Assembly: GCA_039208735.1 (NCBI GenBank)
Contig: JBCCQY010000013.1
Location: 27,889 to 91,888 of the forward strand
Direction of reading: 5' to 3'
Source: Myxococcota bacterium
GTDB lineage: Bacteria > Myxococcota_A > UBA796 > GCA-2862545
DNA: 64,000 bases
The position numbers and the translations under genes were made by a program. Below the pieces are notes generated by a model, which did not search any database, was not told the DNA's origin, and worked only from the letters and a program-made list of their open reading frames with translations. Below are positions 31,154 through 39,873 of the stretch, piece by piece; positions within the stretch are counted from its first letter, which is position 1, and the number at the start of each line of letters is the position of its first letter.

Positions 31154-31836
31154 GTCGTGAGTTGTACCCCGCACTGTCGGGGGCCTTCGGCGCATGGCGT
31201 CAGCTCGAGGTCATCGCCAACAACATCGCGAACGCGCAGACCACAGGCTACAAAGCCGAGCGCGTCGCCTTCGAAGCGCACGGGCCGCGAAGTGCTTATG
31301 CCCGAATCGCCGACGGCCTGGTCGACCAATCGACCGGAGCGCCGTCGCGCACCGATGACCCACTCCACGTCGCCCTCCAGGGGCCGGGCTTTTTCGTCGT
31401 CGAAGCGACGGGTGAACAGCCCTGGCTGACGCGGGATGGTCAGTTGCACCTCGATCCTCGAGATGGAACGCTCCGCACTCCGGCCGGTCACCTCGTTCAA
31501 GGAGCGGATGGGCCCATCGAAGTGCCTCCCGGAGAGCGTGCGCGAATCGAAGCGGATGGCACGGTCGTGGCAAGCGAATCCGGGGTCGTCGGGAAGCTTC
31601 GCGTGGTGGTCGCGAACGTGGAGCCACTCGGCGGAAACCTTTGGCGGCCGCTCGCTCCGATGGTCGAGCAGGACGCGGTCCTCGTCCCGGGCTCCATCGA
31701 ACAATCGAACGTCGATCCCATGCGGTCGATGGTCGATCTCATTGCGGCCAGCCGGACCTTTGAAGTGGTGCAGAACGTGTTGCGCACGAGCGATGAGCTT
31801 GATGCGCGCCTCAACGAATTTGGCAGAGGTGCATAA
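31150..31836 (+). CDS. flgF: Flagellar basal-body rod protein FlgF
   Basis: 'IANNIANAQTTGYK', 'GPGFF', 'TRDG', 'EQSNVD'; precedes flgG. Confidence 0.85.
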   Translation: MSRELYPALSGAFGAWRQLEVIANNIANAQTTGYKAERVAFEAHGPRSAYARIADGLVDQSTGAPSRTDDPLHVALQGPGFFVVEATGEQPWLTRDGQLHLDPRDGTLRTPAGHLVQGADGPIEVPPGERARIEADGTVVASESGVVGKLRVVVANVEPLGGNLWRPLAPMVEQDAVLVPGSIEQSNVDPMRSMVDLIAASRTFEVVQNVLRTSDELDARLNEFGRGA

Positions 31837-32585
31837 TGCGTGCGTTGCACGTGGCGGCGTCGGGGATGGCGGCGCAGCAGACGCGAATCGATACGGTCGC
31901 AAACAACCTTGCGAACGTCAATACTACGGGATTCAAGAAGTCCCGGGCGACGTTCCAGGATGTGTTTTACGAGGAACTGGCCGGAGGAGCCCGCGGAGCG
32001 CGCGCGGACCTCGGTGGCGGATCGAAGCTTGCGGGCTTGGTGAAGAACCACTCCGCCGGCACCATTGAACAGACCGGCAACACGTTGCACGTGGCCCTCG
32101 CCGGACCCGGGATGATGGTGCTCGAAGATCGCCAGGGCAATCCGGTCTACAGCCGCGACGGCAGCCTCCGCATCGATGCCGACGGGCGGTTGCGCGGCGG
32201 TTCGGGTCTACCGCTGATGGGGCAGCTCATCGTCCCTGAAGGCTCCACGGATCTGCAGATCGACGTCGATGGCACGATGCGGGTGAGGCTCGAAGGCGAC
32301 GACCGGCAAACGGTGGTGGGCCAGATCGAACTCGTTCAGTTCGTGAACAACGCTGGGTTGCGGGCCCTTGGCAGCAACAACTTCGCCATGACCGAGCAAA
32401 GCGGTGATGCGCTGCCCGATGACGGTTCGACCGAGGTGCGGCAGGGCTTCCTCGAGACGTCCAACGTGGATGTGGCCGAAGAGCTGATTGCATTGGTCAC
32501 CGCCCAGCGGGCGTATGAGCTGAACAGCAAGGTCATCCAGGCGGCCGACGAAGCGCTTCAGGTCACCAATAGCCTCAAGCGGTGA
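31836..32585 (+). CDS. flgG: Flagellar basal-body rod protein FlgG
   Basis: 'SGMAAQQ...ANNLANVNTTGFKKSRA.FQD', 'QGFLETSNV', 'AQRAYELNSKVI'. Confidence 0.92.
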   Translation: MRALHVAASGMAAQQTRIDTVANNLANVNTTGFKKSRATFQDVFYEELAGGARGARADLGGGSKLAGLVKNHSAGTIEQTGNTLHVALAGPGMMVLEDRQGNPVYSRDGSLRIDADGRLRGGSGLPLMGQLIVPEGSTDLQIDVDGTMRVRLEGDDRQTVVGQIELVQFVNNAGLRALGSNNFAMTEQSGDALPDDGSTEVRQGFLETSNVDVAEELIALVTAQRAYELNSKVIQAADEALQVTNSLKR

Positions 32586-33166
32586 TCGATTTGGTGGCCA
32601 GCCTGTCGGCGTTTGCCATCGCCAAGTGCGGTGCGCTGCAGGTCGACGTGCATCGGCTGGGGGTCAGCGCGATGGCTTCTCGGACGGCTGTGGCATCGAG
32701 CTGGTCGGGCGATCCGTGCGGACCTCGTCCGAACCTTCGCCTGACCCTGACCGACAACCGGGGTACCCCTCGCATCCTTGCGGTGCAGCCGTCCCTCACC
32801 ATCTGGGTCGAAGGATTTGTGTCGTCCGCGTCGGTGGCGACGGGCGACGTGGTCGAGGGGCACTCGGATCGGGTGGCCTTCGATCCGCGAGAGGGACGCC
32901 CCGTGAAACAACCCGGACCTTGGCGGGCCCGAATGCCGCTGGCCGAGGGAGCGACGCTTACGGAACGCGCCGTGACCCGACTGCCCGACGCCATGAAAGG
33001 CGCAGAGGTCGATGTCGTCGTGCACCGGGGGGGCATCCGGCTGTCCGTGTCGGGCCGACTGCTCGTCGATGGTTTCCAGGGTGAGCGTGTTCGCGTGCGG
33101 CACAACGCGAGCGACCGGACGGTAGTGGGCCATCTCGTGAATTCGACGACCGTGGAGATTCGATGA
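32582..33166 (+). CDS. flgA: Flagellar P-ring chaperone FlgA-like protein
   Basis: Lies between flgG and flgH; C-terminal 'GERVRVRHN.S.RTV.G'; divergent. Confidence 0.65.
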   Translation: MIDLVASLSAFAIAKCGALQVDVHRLGVSAMASRTAVASSWSGDPCGPRPNLRLTLTDNRGTPRILAVQPSLTIWVEGFVSSASVATGDVVEGHSDRVAFDPREGRPVKQPGPWRARMPLAEGATLTERAVTRLPDAMKGAEVDVVVHRGGIRLSVSGRLLVDGFQGERVRVRHNASDRTVVGHLVNSTTVEIR

Positions 33167-33852
33167 TCGTCCGCATGCTTGTAGTGTTTTGGGTCACTAC
33201 GTCCGTCGTTTGGGCCCGCAAGCCGAGCCCTCCTCCGCAACCTCCTGAACCCCCAATTCCCATTGTCACCGAGGAAGAGCCGGAGGCGCTTTCGCCAGGG
33301 TCTCGGTACACCGATGGAGAGGCGAGCCGGCTCTTTGGAATGGATGCGTACTCGCGGCGCGTAGGCGACCTCATCACCGTGCGCGTGAGGGAAACGAGCC
33401 GGACGTCGCTCGCGGCGGAAACCTCGACAAGCAAGAAAAACACGCATCGTGCTGCACTACGAGCGCTTTTGGGGATCGAAAAGCGCATTCTTCGGGCGCA
33501 TCAAGATCTTGAAGACATCGGATTCGACCTCGAGAGCGGAGGGGAATTCACCGGCCGAGGCGACACCTCTCGCGACAGCGAGGTTGAGGCCATCATCACG
33601 TGCCAGGTCATCGACGTGCTCAAGGGAGGCAACCTGCGTCTGTGGGGCTGGAAGCAGGTCCGCGTGAACCGTGAGACCCAGTACGTGGTGCTCGATGGCA
33701 TTGCCCGGCCCCGCGACATTCAGATCGACAACTCCGTGTCGAGCGACTTGCTCGCCCAAGCCCGCATCGAGTTTTCGGGCTCGGGGGTCATTGCCGACCG
33801 GCAAGGTCCGGGATGGTTGTCCCGGGTTCTCGATAAGATCTGGCCGTTTTAG
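33163..33852 (+). CDS. flgH: Flagellar L-ring protein
   Basis: 'RRVGDLITVRVRE', 'GNL...G.KQVRVN.E', 'G.ARPRDI..DNSV.S..LA.ARI', 'GWLSR...PF'. Confidence 0.93.
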   Translation: MIVRMLVVFWVTTSVVWARKPSPPPQPPEPPIPIVTEEEPEALSPGSRYTDGEASRLFGMDAYSRRVGDLITVRVRETSRTSLAAETSTSKKNTHRAALRALLGIEKRILRAHQDLEDIGFDLESGGEFTGRGDTSRDSEVEAIITCQVIDVLKGGNLRLWGWKQVRVNRETQYVVLDGIARPRDIQIDNSVSSDLLAQARIEFSGSGVIADRQGPGWLSRVLDKIWPF

Positions 33853-35814
33853 TCAGGGCGAGAGCAGGGCGGTGAGTTCCTGCATTGCCGCATCGTAGGC
33901 CACTTGGGCGCGGTTGTGTCGTTCGGTGATGCGCGACATCGTTTGCTCGACGTTGGCGAGTCGTCGGGTGACCGAGCGCGCCGCGCTGCCCTTGGCTGCA
34001 TCGAGGTCTTCTCGTAGCCGCTGGCGCGTGTCCTCGAGCCGCTTGGCTTCGGCTTCGAGTTCCTTGAGGGAGCGGGCCTCGACGGCCACTCGATCCCTCA
34101 AGCTCGCGGCGCGCCGCAGTTGGGTGGGGTCGCCAAGTCCCTGGTCCGCCCACGATCGATAGGTCTCACTGGAGACCTCACTGGCCGATAGTGACTGCGA
34201 TGTGCGTCGGACCACGGGAATCTCATGACGCGAGGGTCCTTCGGGCAGCGCCAGCGCGATCCAGGTCCATCCTCGCTCGGGGTCGACCTCGGACCGAAGG
34301 TCCCCATCCACGGAGGAGCCCGCGGGCAGAGCGATGGCGACCCACAACGGCCGGGGACGGCCACTGCGATTTCGCACCTGGACGGTGTGGGTTTCGGACT
34401 TTGCTCGGTCGACGTGCCAACGTTTCGCCGAGGCCCGCCAAGCCACGGTCTCCGTACGGAGGGTCCCCACCTCGTGTTGACGGGTCACGTCAACGTCGAG
34501 TTCTTCGCCCACAAGCAACATTTGCGCTTGTTTCGGCTTGGTGCGGGCAAGGACCGTCTCTCCCGAAAGGCCTCCGGCTGCCACCACGGCAATGACGCCC
34601 GCAGGCAAGGTTCGAACCGTGTCGTTGCGCATCCACACCGCGGTTCGCGGGGTCGGGCTGTTGGGGGCGAGAGCGACCACCCGTTCGGTATGGAGGGCAT
34701 CCACCCCCAACGGGACCAGCGCGCTGTGGTGGGCCTGCAAGTTCACCGGTCGAGCCGCTCGCACCACGAATTGGGTGGGGGTATCGACCGGCTCGGCATC
34801 GCGCAGCGGGGCCAGCGCGACGGAGCCTCGGGCGCTCAACCCGAGGCCGCCTCCGCCACTGCCGTACCCCGTGCCCCCGGTTCCGAAGCCGGCGACGCCG
34901 ACTGGGTCGGTCTCGTCCCAAAGACCATCGGGGGTCACTGCGGCGAGCTGGGCAACCGTCGACAGCGGGGTTTCGGGAACTTCCAGGTCGCGGCGTGCAT
35001 AGCGCGGAGCCGCAAGAGGATAGAGGAACGACCGGGGTTGGCCGTTGGCCACCTCGAGGGTCACACCGGACCAGTCCTCGTCCGTGTCGTTGTGAACCAG
35101 CGCCCAGGCTTGGAGTTGGGCTTCCGTGGCGTCGTTGGCCACAAGGCGGTACGTGACCCGCCACACCGCGGTTTCCGCGAGGTAGCCGACGGCGAGTTGG
35201 CCTCCCCGTGACACGTCGATCTGAAGGGCGGTGCGTTGTTGAGCCCGGGCGCTTGCGAAGGACCGGCTGGCTTGCTCAAGACGCCACGTGGGGTCGGGGG
35301 CGAGGCTCTGAACTTCGCGAACCTCGGTCGTCAGCACACGCACGAGTGCGCCCTCGGGGGTGAGGATGCCCAATCCCCAAGTGGGCACGTCGAGGACACG
35401 ATTGGGCCCTTCCACCCCACCTACGGGTGCGATCGATTCCACGGAGAGCAGGGTGCCCACCACCCGACCGCCATTGACGGTGCGGACGGCGACCGCCTCG
35501 CCCACGAGTGCTGTGAGGCCTTCCCCGAACGTAGTGCCATCGACATCGTCGAGACCGGCAAGCGTTCGAGCGGCGCGGTCGGAGAGGGCTGACGGAAAGG
35601 TGATGGCATCGACGGTCGCGCCATCGCCAAGCACCACCAGCGACTTGAGTGCGTCATCGAGGTGGCTTTGGGGGAGGGGCAATTGGGTTCGGCCATCGCG
35701 GACCCTGCCCTCACGCTCGAACCAGCCCACGCCGGTCTCGTACAGCCGAACCCGACGTACCGGCAGCACCTCGGCTCCGCTCGAAACCGCGCTGCATAGC
35801 GACAACCACAACAT
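33853..35814 (-). CDS. DUF4139-like secreted protein
   Basis: 'LPVRRVRLYETGVGWFER', 'DDALKSL', 'WRVTYRL', 'VHNDTDEDW'; coiled-coil C-terminus. Confidence 0.75.
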   Translation of the reverse strand: MLWLSLCSAVSSGAEVLPVRRVRLYETGVGWFEREGRVRDGRTQLPLPQSHLDDALKSLVVLGDGATVDAITFPSALSDRAARTLAGLDDVDGTTFGEGLTALVGEAVAVRTVNGGRVVGTLLSVESIAPVGGVEGPNRVLDVPTWGLGILTPEGALVRVLTTEVREVQSLAPDPTWRLEQASRSFASARAQQRTALQIDVSRGGQLAVGYLAETAVWRVTYRLVANDATEAQLQAWALVHNDTDEDWSGVTLEVANGQPRSFLYPLAAPRYARRDLEVPETPLSTVAQLAAVTPDGLWDETDPVGVAGFGTGGTGYGSGGGGLGLSARGSVALAPLRDAEPVDTPTQFVVRAARPVNLQAHHSALVPLGVDALHTERVVALAPNSPTPRTAVWMRNDTVRTLPAGVIAVVAAGGLSGETVLARTKPKQAQMLLVGEELDVDVTRQHEVGTLRTETVAWRASAKRWHVDRAKSETHTVQVRNRSGRPRPLWVAIALPAGSSVDGDLRSEVDPERGWTWIALALPEGPSRHEIPVVRRTSQSLSASEVSSETYRSWADQGLGDPTQLRRAASLRDRVAVEARSLKELEAEAKRLEDTRQRLREDLDAAKGSAARSVTRRLANVEQTMSRITERHNRAQVAYDAAMQELTALLSP

Positions 35815-35891
35815 CCAAACCTCCCTGTGCCGCGTCGGACGCCCCGGGAGGGATGGAGTTCCGTGGCCTCATGGGGCTTTGCGAAGCCTTG

Positions 35892-36434
35892 TCACTCCCA
35901 CCGTGACGTGAAGCGCAGGGAATCGCGAAGCTGGTCATGCAGGGGATGAACCGCATCGACCACGACGGTCTTTCCGGGGCCAAGGGCCAACATGGCTGAT
36001 GTGATCCACCCCGGAGAGCCCAGCTTGAAGGTCGTGGCGGCCGTGGTCTGAGGCGGTTGGTAGATGCTCACCATTGCAGGCAGGTCGAGGAAGATGGCAC
36101 CAACTCCGATCTTCAGGCTGAATTGACCGCCGTTCACAGGGTCGTCGCCAGAGACCTCGATCGGCCCTCCAAGAACCATCGTCGCCGTGCACCAATCGCC
36201 TTGGGGCACGTGGATGTTGTCGGGTGACAGCAAATCGACCCGACTGGAAACGGGTTTCGTGACATGGTTTCCGTTGCAGTCCACCAGTTCGAGTCGGTCG
36301 ACGTCGACCTCGGCCGCGAGGTAGCGGACCGACGGGTGCGGTTCGATGAGGGCAGGCACCGGATGCCCGATGAAAATGCTTCCAAAGCTAGGAAGTGCGG
36401 TCAGGTAGAGCCAAAGAGGTGCGGCGGTGGTCAT
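35892..36434 (-). CDS. Hypothetical, probably secreted protein
   Basis: ATG follows GGGAG; hydrophobic N-terminus then 'GHP'; two Cys. Confidence 0.55.
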   Translation of the reverse strand: MTTAAPLWLYLTALPSFGSIFIGHPVPALIEPHPSVRYLAAEVDVDRLELVDCNGNHVTKPVSSRVDLLSPDNIHVPQGDWCTATMVLGGPIEVSGDDPVNGGQFSLKIGVGAIFLDLPAMVSIYQPPQTTAATTFKLGSPGWITSAMLALGPGKTVVVDAVHPLHDQLRDSLRFTSRWE

Positions 36435-36486
36435 GGAGTCTCCCGGGGGTGGGTGGGCCCCGCCGAAAAGAGGAGCCGGCTCGTGA

Positions 36487-37164
36487 TTACGGGACCGACT
36501 TTTTTAATTGAATGGGGAGAGACTTGCTTCCGCGGCTCGCGATATCGAGCAGTGCACTTCGCATCATGAGGTCTCGCTCCCGTTCGGCGAGGACGCCTGC
36601 GGTGAGACAGAGCAAATGAGTGCCTCGTTGTGCTGCTTTGCGGCGGGCAAACGTTCCGAGTTTTGCACTTGGTGCGCGGGTCCCGAGTTGGCGGTGGAGC
36701 AGTAAGCCGAGATCGCGTCGCCGACCTGCGGATGTGGTCGAAATCCGCATCGTGCGGGCCACATTACGCCAACGTGCGGGCAATTGCTGAACCAGTAAAC
36801 CCGGTGCTTCGGAAATGCAGCGTTGGAGGGCGCGTTTCCGTGCGCCGCTGGAGATTAGGTCTGGACTGTCAAAAGACCGTAATTCGCGATCCGAGCCGCC
36901 GCGCTGTTTTCGCCAGTGGTGGACCGCGACGCTTTTTAAGATTGCCACAAACCAGCCTCGTAGGCTCGGCCATGTGGTGGCACGACAGCTCGGCCAAGTC
37001 TCCGCAATGCGGATCCAGGCCTCCTGCCGCACGTCGTCGGCGATGCTCCCAAACCGAGCGCATTGGGGCTCAAGCCAGACGGCGACGGCGCCCAGGAACT
37101 TGTTTCTTCGTTCAAGGTCATGGGGCGTCTCCCTTAGTATTTCGAGCGCTCGCACCAAATCCAT
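36487..37164 (-). CDS. Divergent ECF sigma factor-like protein (region 2 only recognisable)
   Basis: 'ADDVRQEAWIRI...SLRGWFVAILKSVAVHHWRK' resembles ECF region 2; region 4 not evident; visibly more AT-rich than its flanks. Confidence 0.5.
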   Translation of the reverse strand: MDLVRALEILRETPHDLERRNKFLGAVAVWLEPQCARFGSIADDVRQEAWIRIAETWPSCRATTWPSLRGWFVAILKSVAVHHWRKQRGGSDRELRSFDSPDLISSGARKRALQRCISEAPGLLVQQLPARWRNVARTMRISTTSAGRRRDLGLLLHRQLGTRAPSAKLGTFARRKAAQRGTHLLCLTAGVLAERERDLMMRSALLDIASRGSKSLPIQLKKSVP

Positions 37165-37334
37165 GGGATCTCCAGGCCAACCCCCCCGAGGGGGCCTGGA
37201 GAATTGGCGTCAGTCGAGTGCACTTGTCATGTCGCGGTCCGTCGAGTCCGATGACAACGGCCTGTCTGTCAATCCAGGGATCTCCTGCTCGAGGGCGCAG
37301 ACGCCTTTTGCGAATACGTCCACTCGGCGTCGGC

Positions 37335-38195
37335 TCATCGGGAGGCCTTGATGGTTTCGGAAAGGGGAAACATCTGAACGCTGATCTGAACGACGCGATC
37401 GCCAGGCTCTGACCACGCTTCAATTCGGTGAAGGGCTTCCGACATGCTCTCCCACAACAGTCGTCGAAGATCCGCGACGCGACTCTGGGGAACGGAAATG
37501 GTAAATCCGAGAAACCCGGTTTCTTCGGCAACTGCTGGCTCATGAAGATCGTCCATGACGCGGCTGACGTAGCGAAGGGTGTCGCGATGGTAGCCGTAGC
37601 TACCTTACGCCGCGACGCGTTCGGCACTTTGAAGTCGTGGCGTGGCCGGCATGAGTTTCTCACCGTCGCGCACCAACCAACCGAGTCGCTCCAAAATGGT
37701 CAACGCTTCCGAGACCTGCTCTTGGGCCATTGCCGGCCGCAGATGTTGGCCGATCCAGGCAGGGTCGGGCCTGAAGCCTTCACATTCCGCCAATGCGCGA
37801 ATCGCCGTGAAGTAAAGGTTGGAGATGACCTTGACTTGGTCGGCGTCGATGGAAGGCCCCTGTCGCTCGACCCGGTATTGGGTCAGCGCGGCCCAGGCGC
37901 GCTCATGCTCCTCTCCGGGTCCGGCTTGCCCGAGCCGAACCAAAAGGGTGAAGTACTCGGCCTCCTGTGGATCGAGGTCCATGGCCTTCGCAAACAAAGA
38001 AATCCGAGTTTCAGCAAGCCGACGGTGTCCCTTGATCACATTCGAGAGTACACTAGGGTCACTGGAGCCCAGTCGCTTCGCAAAGATGCGGTGACTAAAG
38101 GGCGCTTTGCCGGATTTCTTCCAGGCAAACCAGTCCGCGAGGAACTGACGGAAAGCAGTGTATGCGTAAACGTCGGGTCGCTCCGGGTCGTTCAT
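37335..38195 (-). pseudogene. TIGR02147-family HTH protein interrupted by one in-frame TAA (37605-37607)
   Basis: N-terminal 'YTAFRQFLADWF..KK...FSHR.FAKRLG.S.P..L..V..G.R.L'; the frame continues after the stop as 'GSYGYHRDTL...VQISVQMFPLS', the expected C-terminus. Confidence 0.8.
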
Positions 38196-38366
38196 GGGGA
38201 TTGGCCTCCTGCGACACACAGCATACACCGTATGCAGCCGCGCATACAGGAAGTTTCGACGCCCCAAGATGTACGTTGAATCTTGCTTCTTGTGCCGATA
38301 CGGCAGAAGGTCCGCGGGACAGGTTGGAAAATTCGCGCGTACCGTGATGGGCGATGGAGGACGCCC

Positions 38367-39185
38367 ATGCCCGATGCGCTGGATGCTCGGCCCAAGCAGT
38401 TTTCCCCAGATTCGCCGGGTGAGCCCACGAATACGGCGCGTATAGCGCTTGCGATGGCGGTGGGCATACCTTTGTGTACCGGCGGATTCACCGCCCTGGT
38501 CTACGGTGGGGTCAACCCCGGATTGGCAGCGGGCGCAGCTGTTTTTGGGGGTGGACTACTCGTGGCTGCCTCGGGTCTGATGGGTTGGTCGTTGGCACGA
38601 CGCCCCCCACCCAAGCTTCTTCCCTCGACCTCCCAGGTCTTCACGACGCTGATCTTCGGCTGCGCGGCGGCGCCGACCGCATCATGGGTGGATCGGCTGG
38701 TGGAACTCCCGCGAGAGGATCGTCGGGCGATGGCGTTGCGTAGCCCCCGTGGCCCTCGCAGCGCGCGGTGGCTCGCCGATTTGCTGCGCACGCTCGAACA
38801 TCGGGTCGATACCCTCGAGCGCGTGGTTTTGGTTGTCGATGAGCCAAGCTACCCGGCGCCCATTCGAGCCGCGCTGGATCGATTGGTGCGAAGCCATGTG
38901 GATCCGCCCCGAGGGATTCCGCCCATTCGTCGTCCGGTTGCCATCGAACACTTGGTCCTGCCCGAGCCCAACGACCCAGGGCGGGTCTTTGCGGTGGTCT
39001 CGGGCAAGCTGCATGAGTTGTCCCACGAACCGGGTCAACGCTTGGCGGTGGCACCCACGTCGGGCGGAGGGCCGCCCACCATTGCGCTCACCTTGGCGGC
39101 GTCGCTGCACGCATGTGAGCTCATCACGTTCCCTTCACCGACCGAATTGAACACGGCACCCGCCACGTTCGAATTGCGTCACTGA
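38367..39185 (+). CDS. Two-TM protein with a CARF-like C-terminal domain
   Basis: Two N-terminal hydrophobic helices; 'VVLVV', 'PNDPGRVF', 'LAVAPTSGGGPPTIALTLAA' resembles the CARF D-x-T-[GS]-G-x-K helix motif. Confidence 0.5.
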   Translation: MPDALDARPKQFSPDSPGEPTNTARIALAMAVGIPLCTGGFTALVYGGVNPGLAAGAAVFGGGLLVAASGLMGWSLARRPPPKLLPSTSQVFTTLIFGCAAAPTASWVDRLVELPREDRRAMALRSPRGPRSARWLADLLRTLEHRVDTLERVVLVVDEPSYPAPIRAALDRLVRSHVDPPRGIPPIRRPVAIEHLVLPEPNDPGRVFAVVSGKLHELSHEPGQRLAVAPTSGGGPPTIALTLAASLHACELITFPSPTELNTAPATFELRH

Positions 39186-39799
39186 GGCCCCTGGGCACGG
39201 AGGCCCCGGACCCAAGCCAAGAAGAGGTCTGGGTCGGCGCGCTCGACCCGCAGCCCGCACCGGCGACCGTTGACGCTCACGACATGGGCGAGGACGGTGA
39301 GGCTGCCCCGCTGTAGGGTCACGTCAAGGGTGGCCCCGACCGGAGGAGGTTCTGGGCCCAAGTCGAGCATGAGGCCCAGGCCTCGCACGCTGATGTCTTG
39401 GACCGTTCCGGGAAGGCACCGACCGTCGTATTCGACGGTCGCGCGTTGACGCTGCGCGGGAATGCGAGTCGTGCGGCGTCGATCCAACGCGAGCACCTGA
39501 TCCGGAACGGAAACCGTGACCATGCCGGTGGGTTCAACGGCCAGGACGTAGGCGAGAAAGCAACGCTGGCGGTTTCCCCGGTCAAAGCTCACCACGACGG
39601 TGGCGTCGACGCAAAAGGTCTCGACCACGGACTTGGGGTCATCAACGGCCTCGAAGATCACGCCGTCGTGGTGCACCCAACCGAAGCGAAGCATGCAGCC
39701 TTCAAGCGTCCCCGCCAACGTGACGGCCGCCGGGGTTGTCTCGACCACACAACGTTTGAGGAACTCGAAGGTGAGCGGTTGAGGCGAAACTGCATTCAC
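39179..39799 (-). CDS. PilZ-domain protein (YcgR/MotI-like flagellar brake)
   Basis: RxxxR 'DRRRTTRI' and DxSxxG 'QDISVRGLG'; N-terminal YcgR-like domain; GTG start follows GGAGG. Confidence 0.8.
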   Translation of the reverse strand: MNAVSPQPLTFEFLKRCVVETTPAAVTLAGTLEGCMLRFGWVHHDGVIFEAVDDPKSVVETFCVDATVVVSFDRGNRQRCFLAYVLAVEPTGMVTVSVPDQVLALDRRRTTRIPAQRQRATVEYDGRCLPGTVQDISVRGLGLMLDLGPEPPPVGATLDVTLQRGSLTVLAHVVSVNGRRCGLRVERADPDLFLAWVRGLRAQGPQ

Positions 39800-39873
39800 G
39801 GGGGGCCCTCCACGCCCCCTTTCGGGTCGCCGACACACATTCGCGTTTCTCGCTGGTGTCGGGCTCGTGTTGA

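Noticed and set aside
37605..37607. Selenocysteine or pyrrolysine recoding
   Set aside because: The stop is TAA, not TGA or TAG
38275..38301. Sigma28 promoter (GCCGATAC) upstream of the TM-CARF-like gene
   Set aside because: Good -10 element, but no TCAAG or TAAA at the correct spacing
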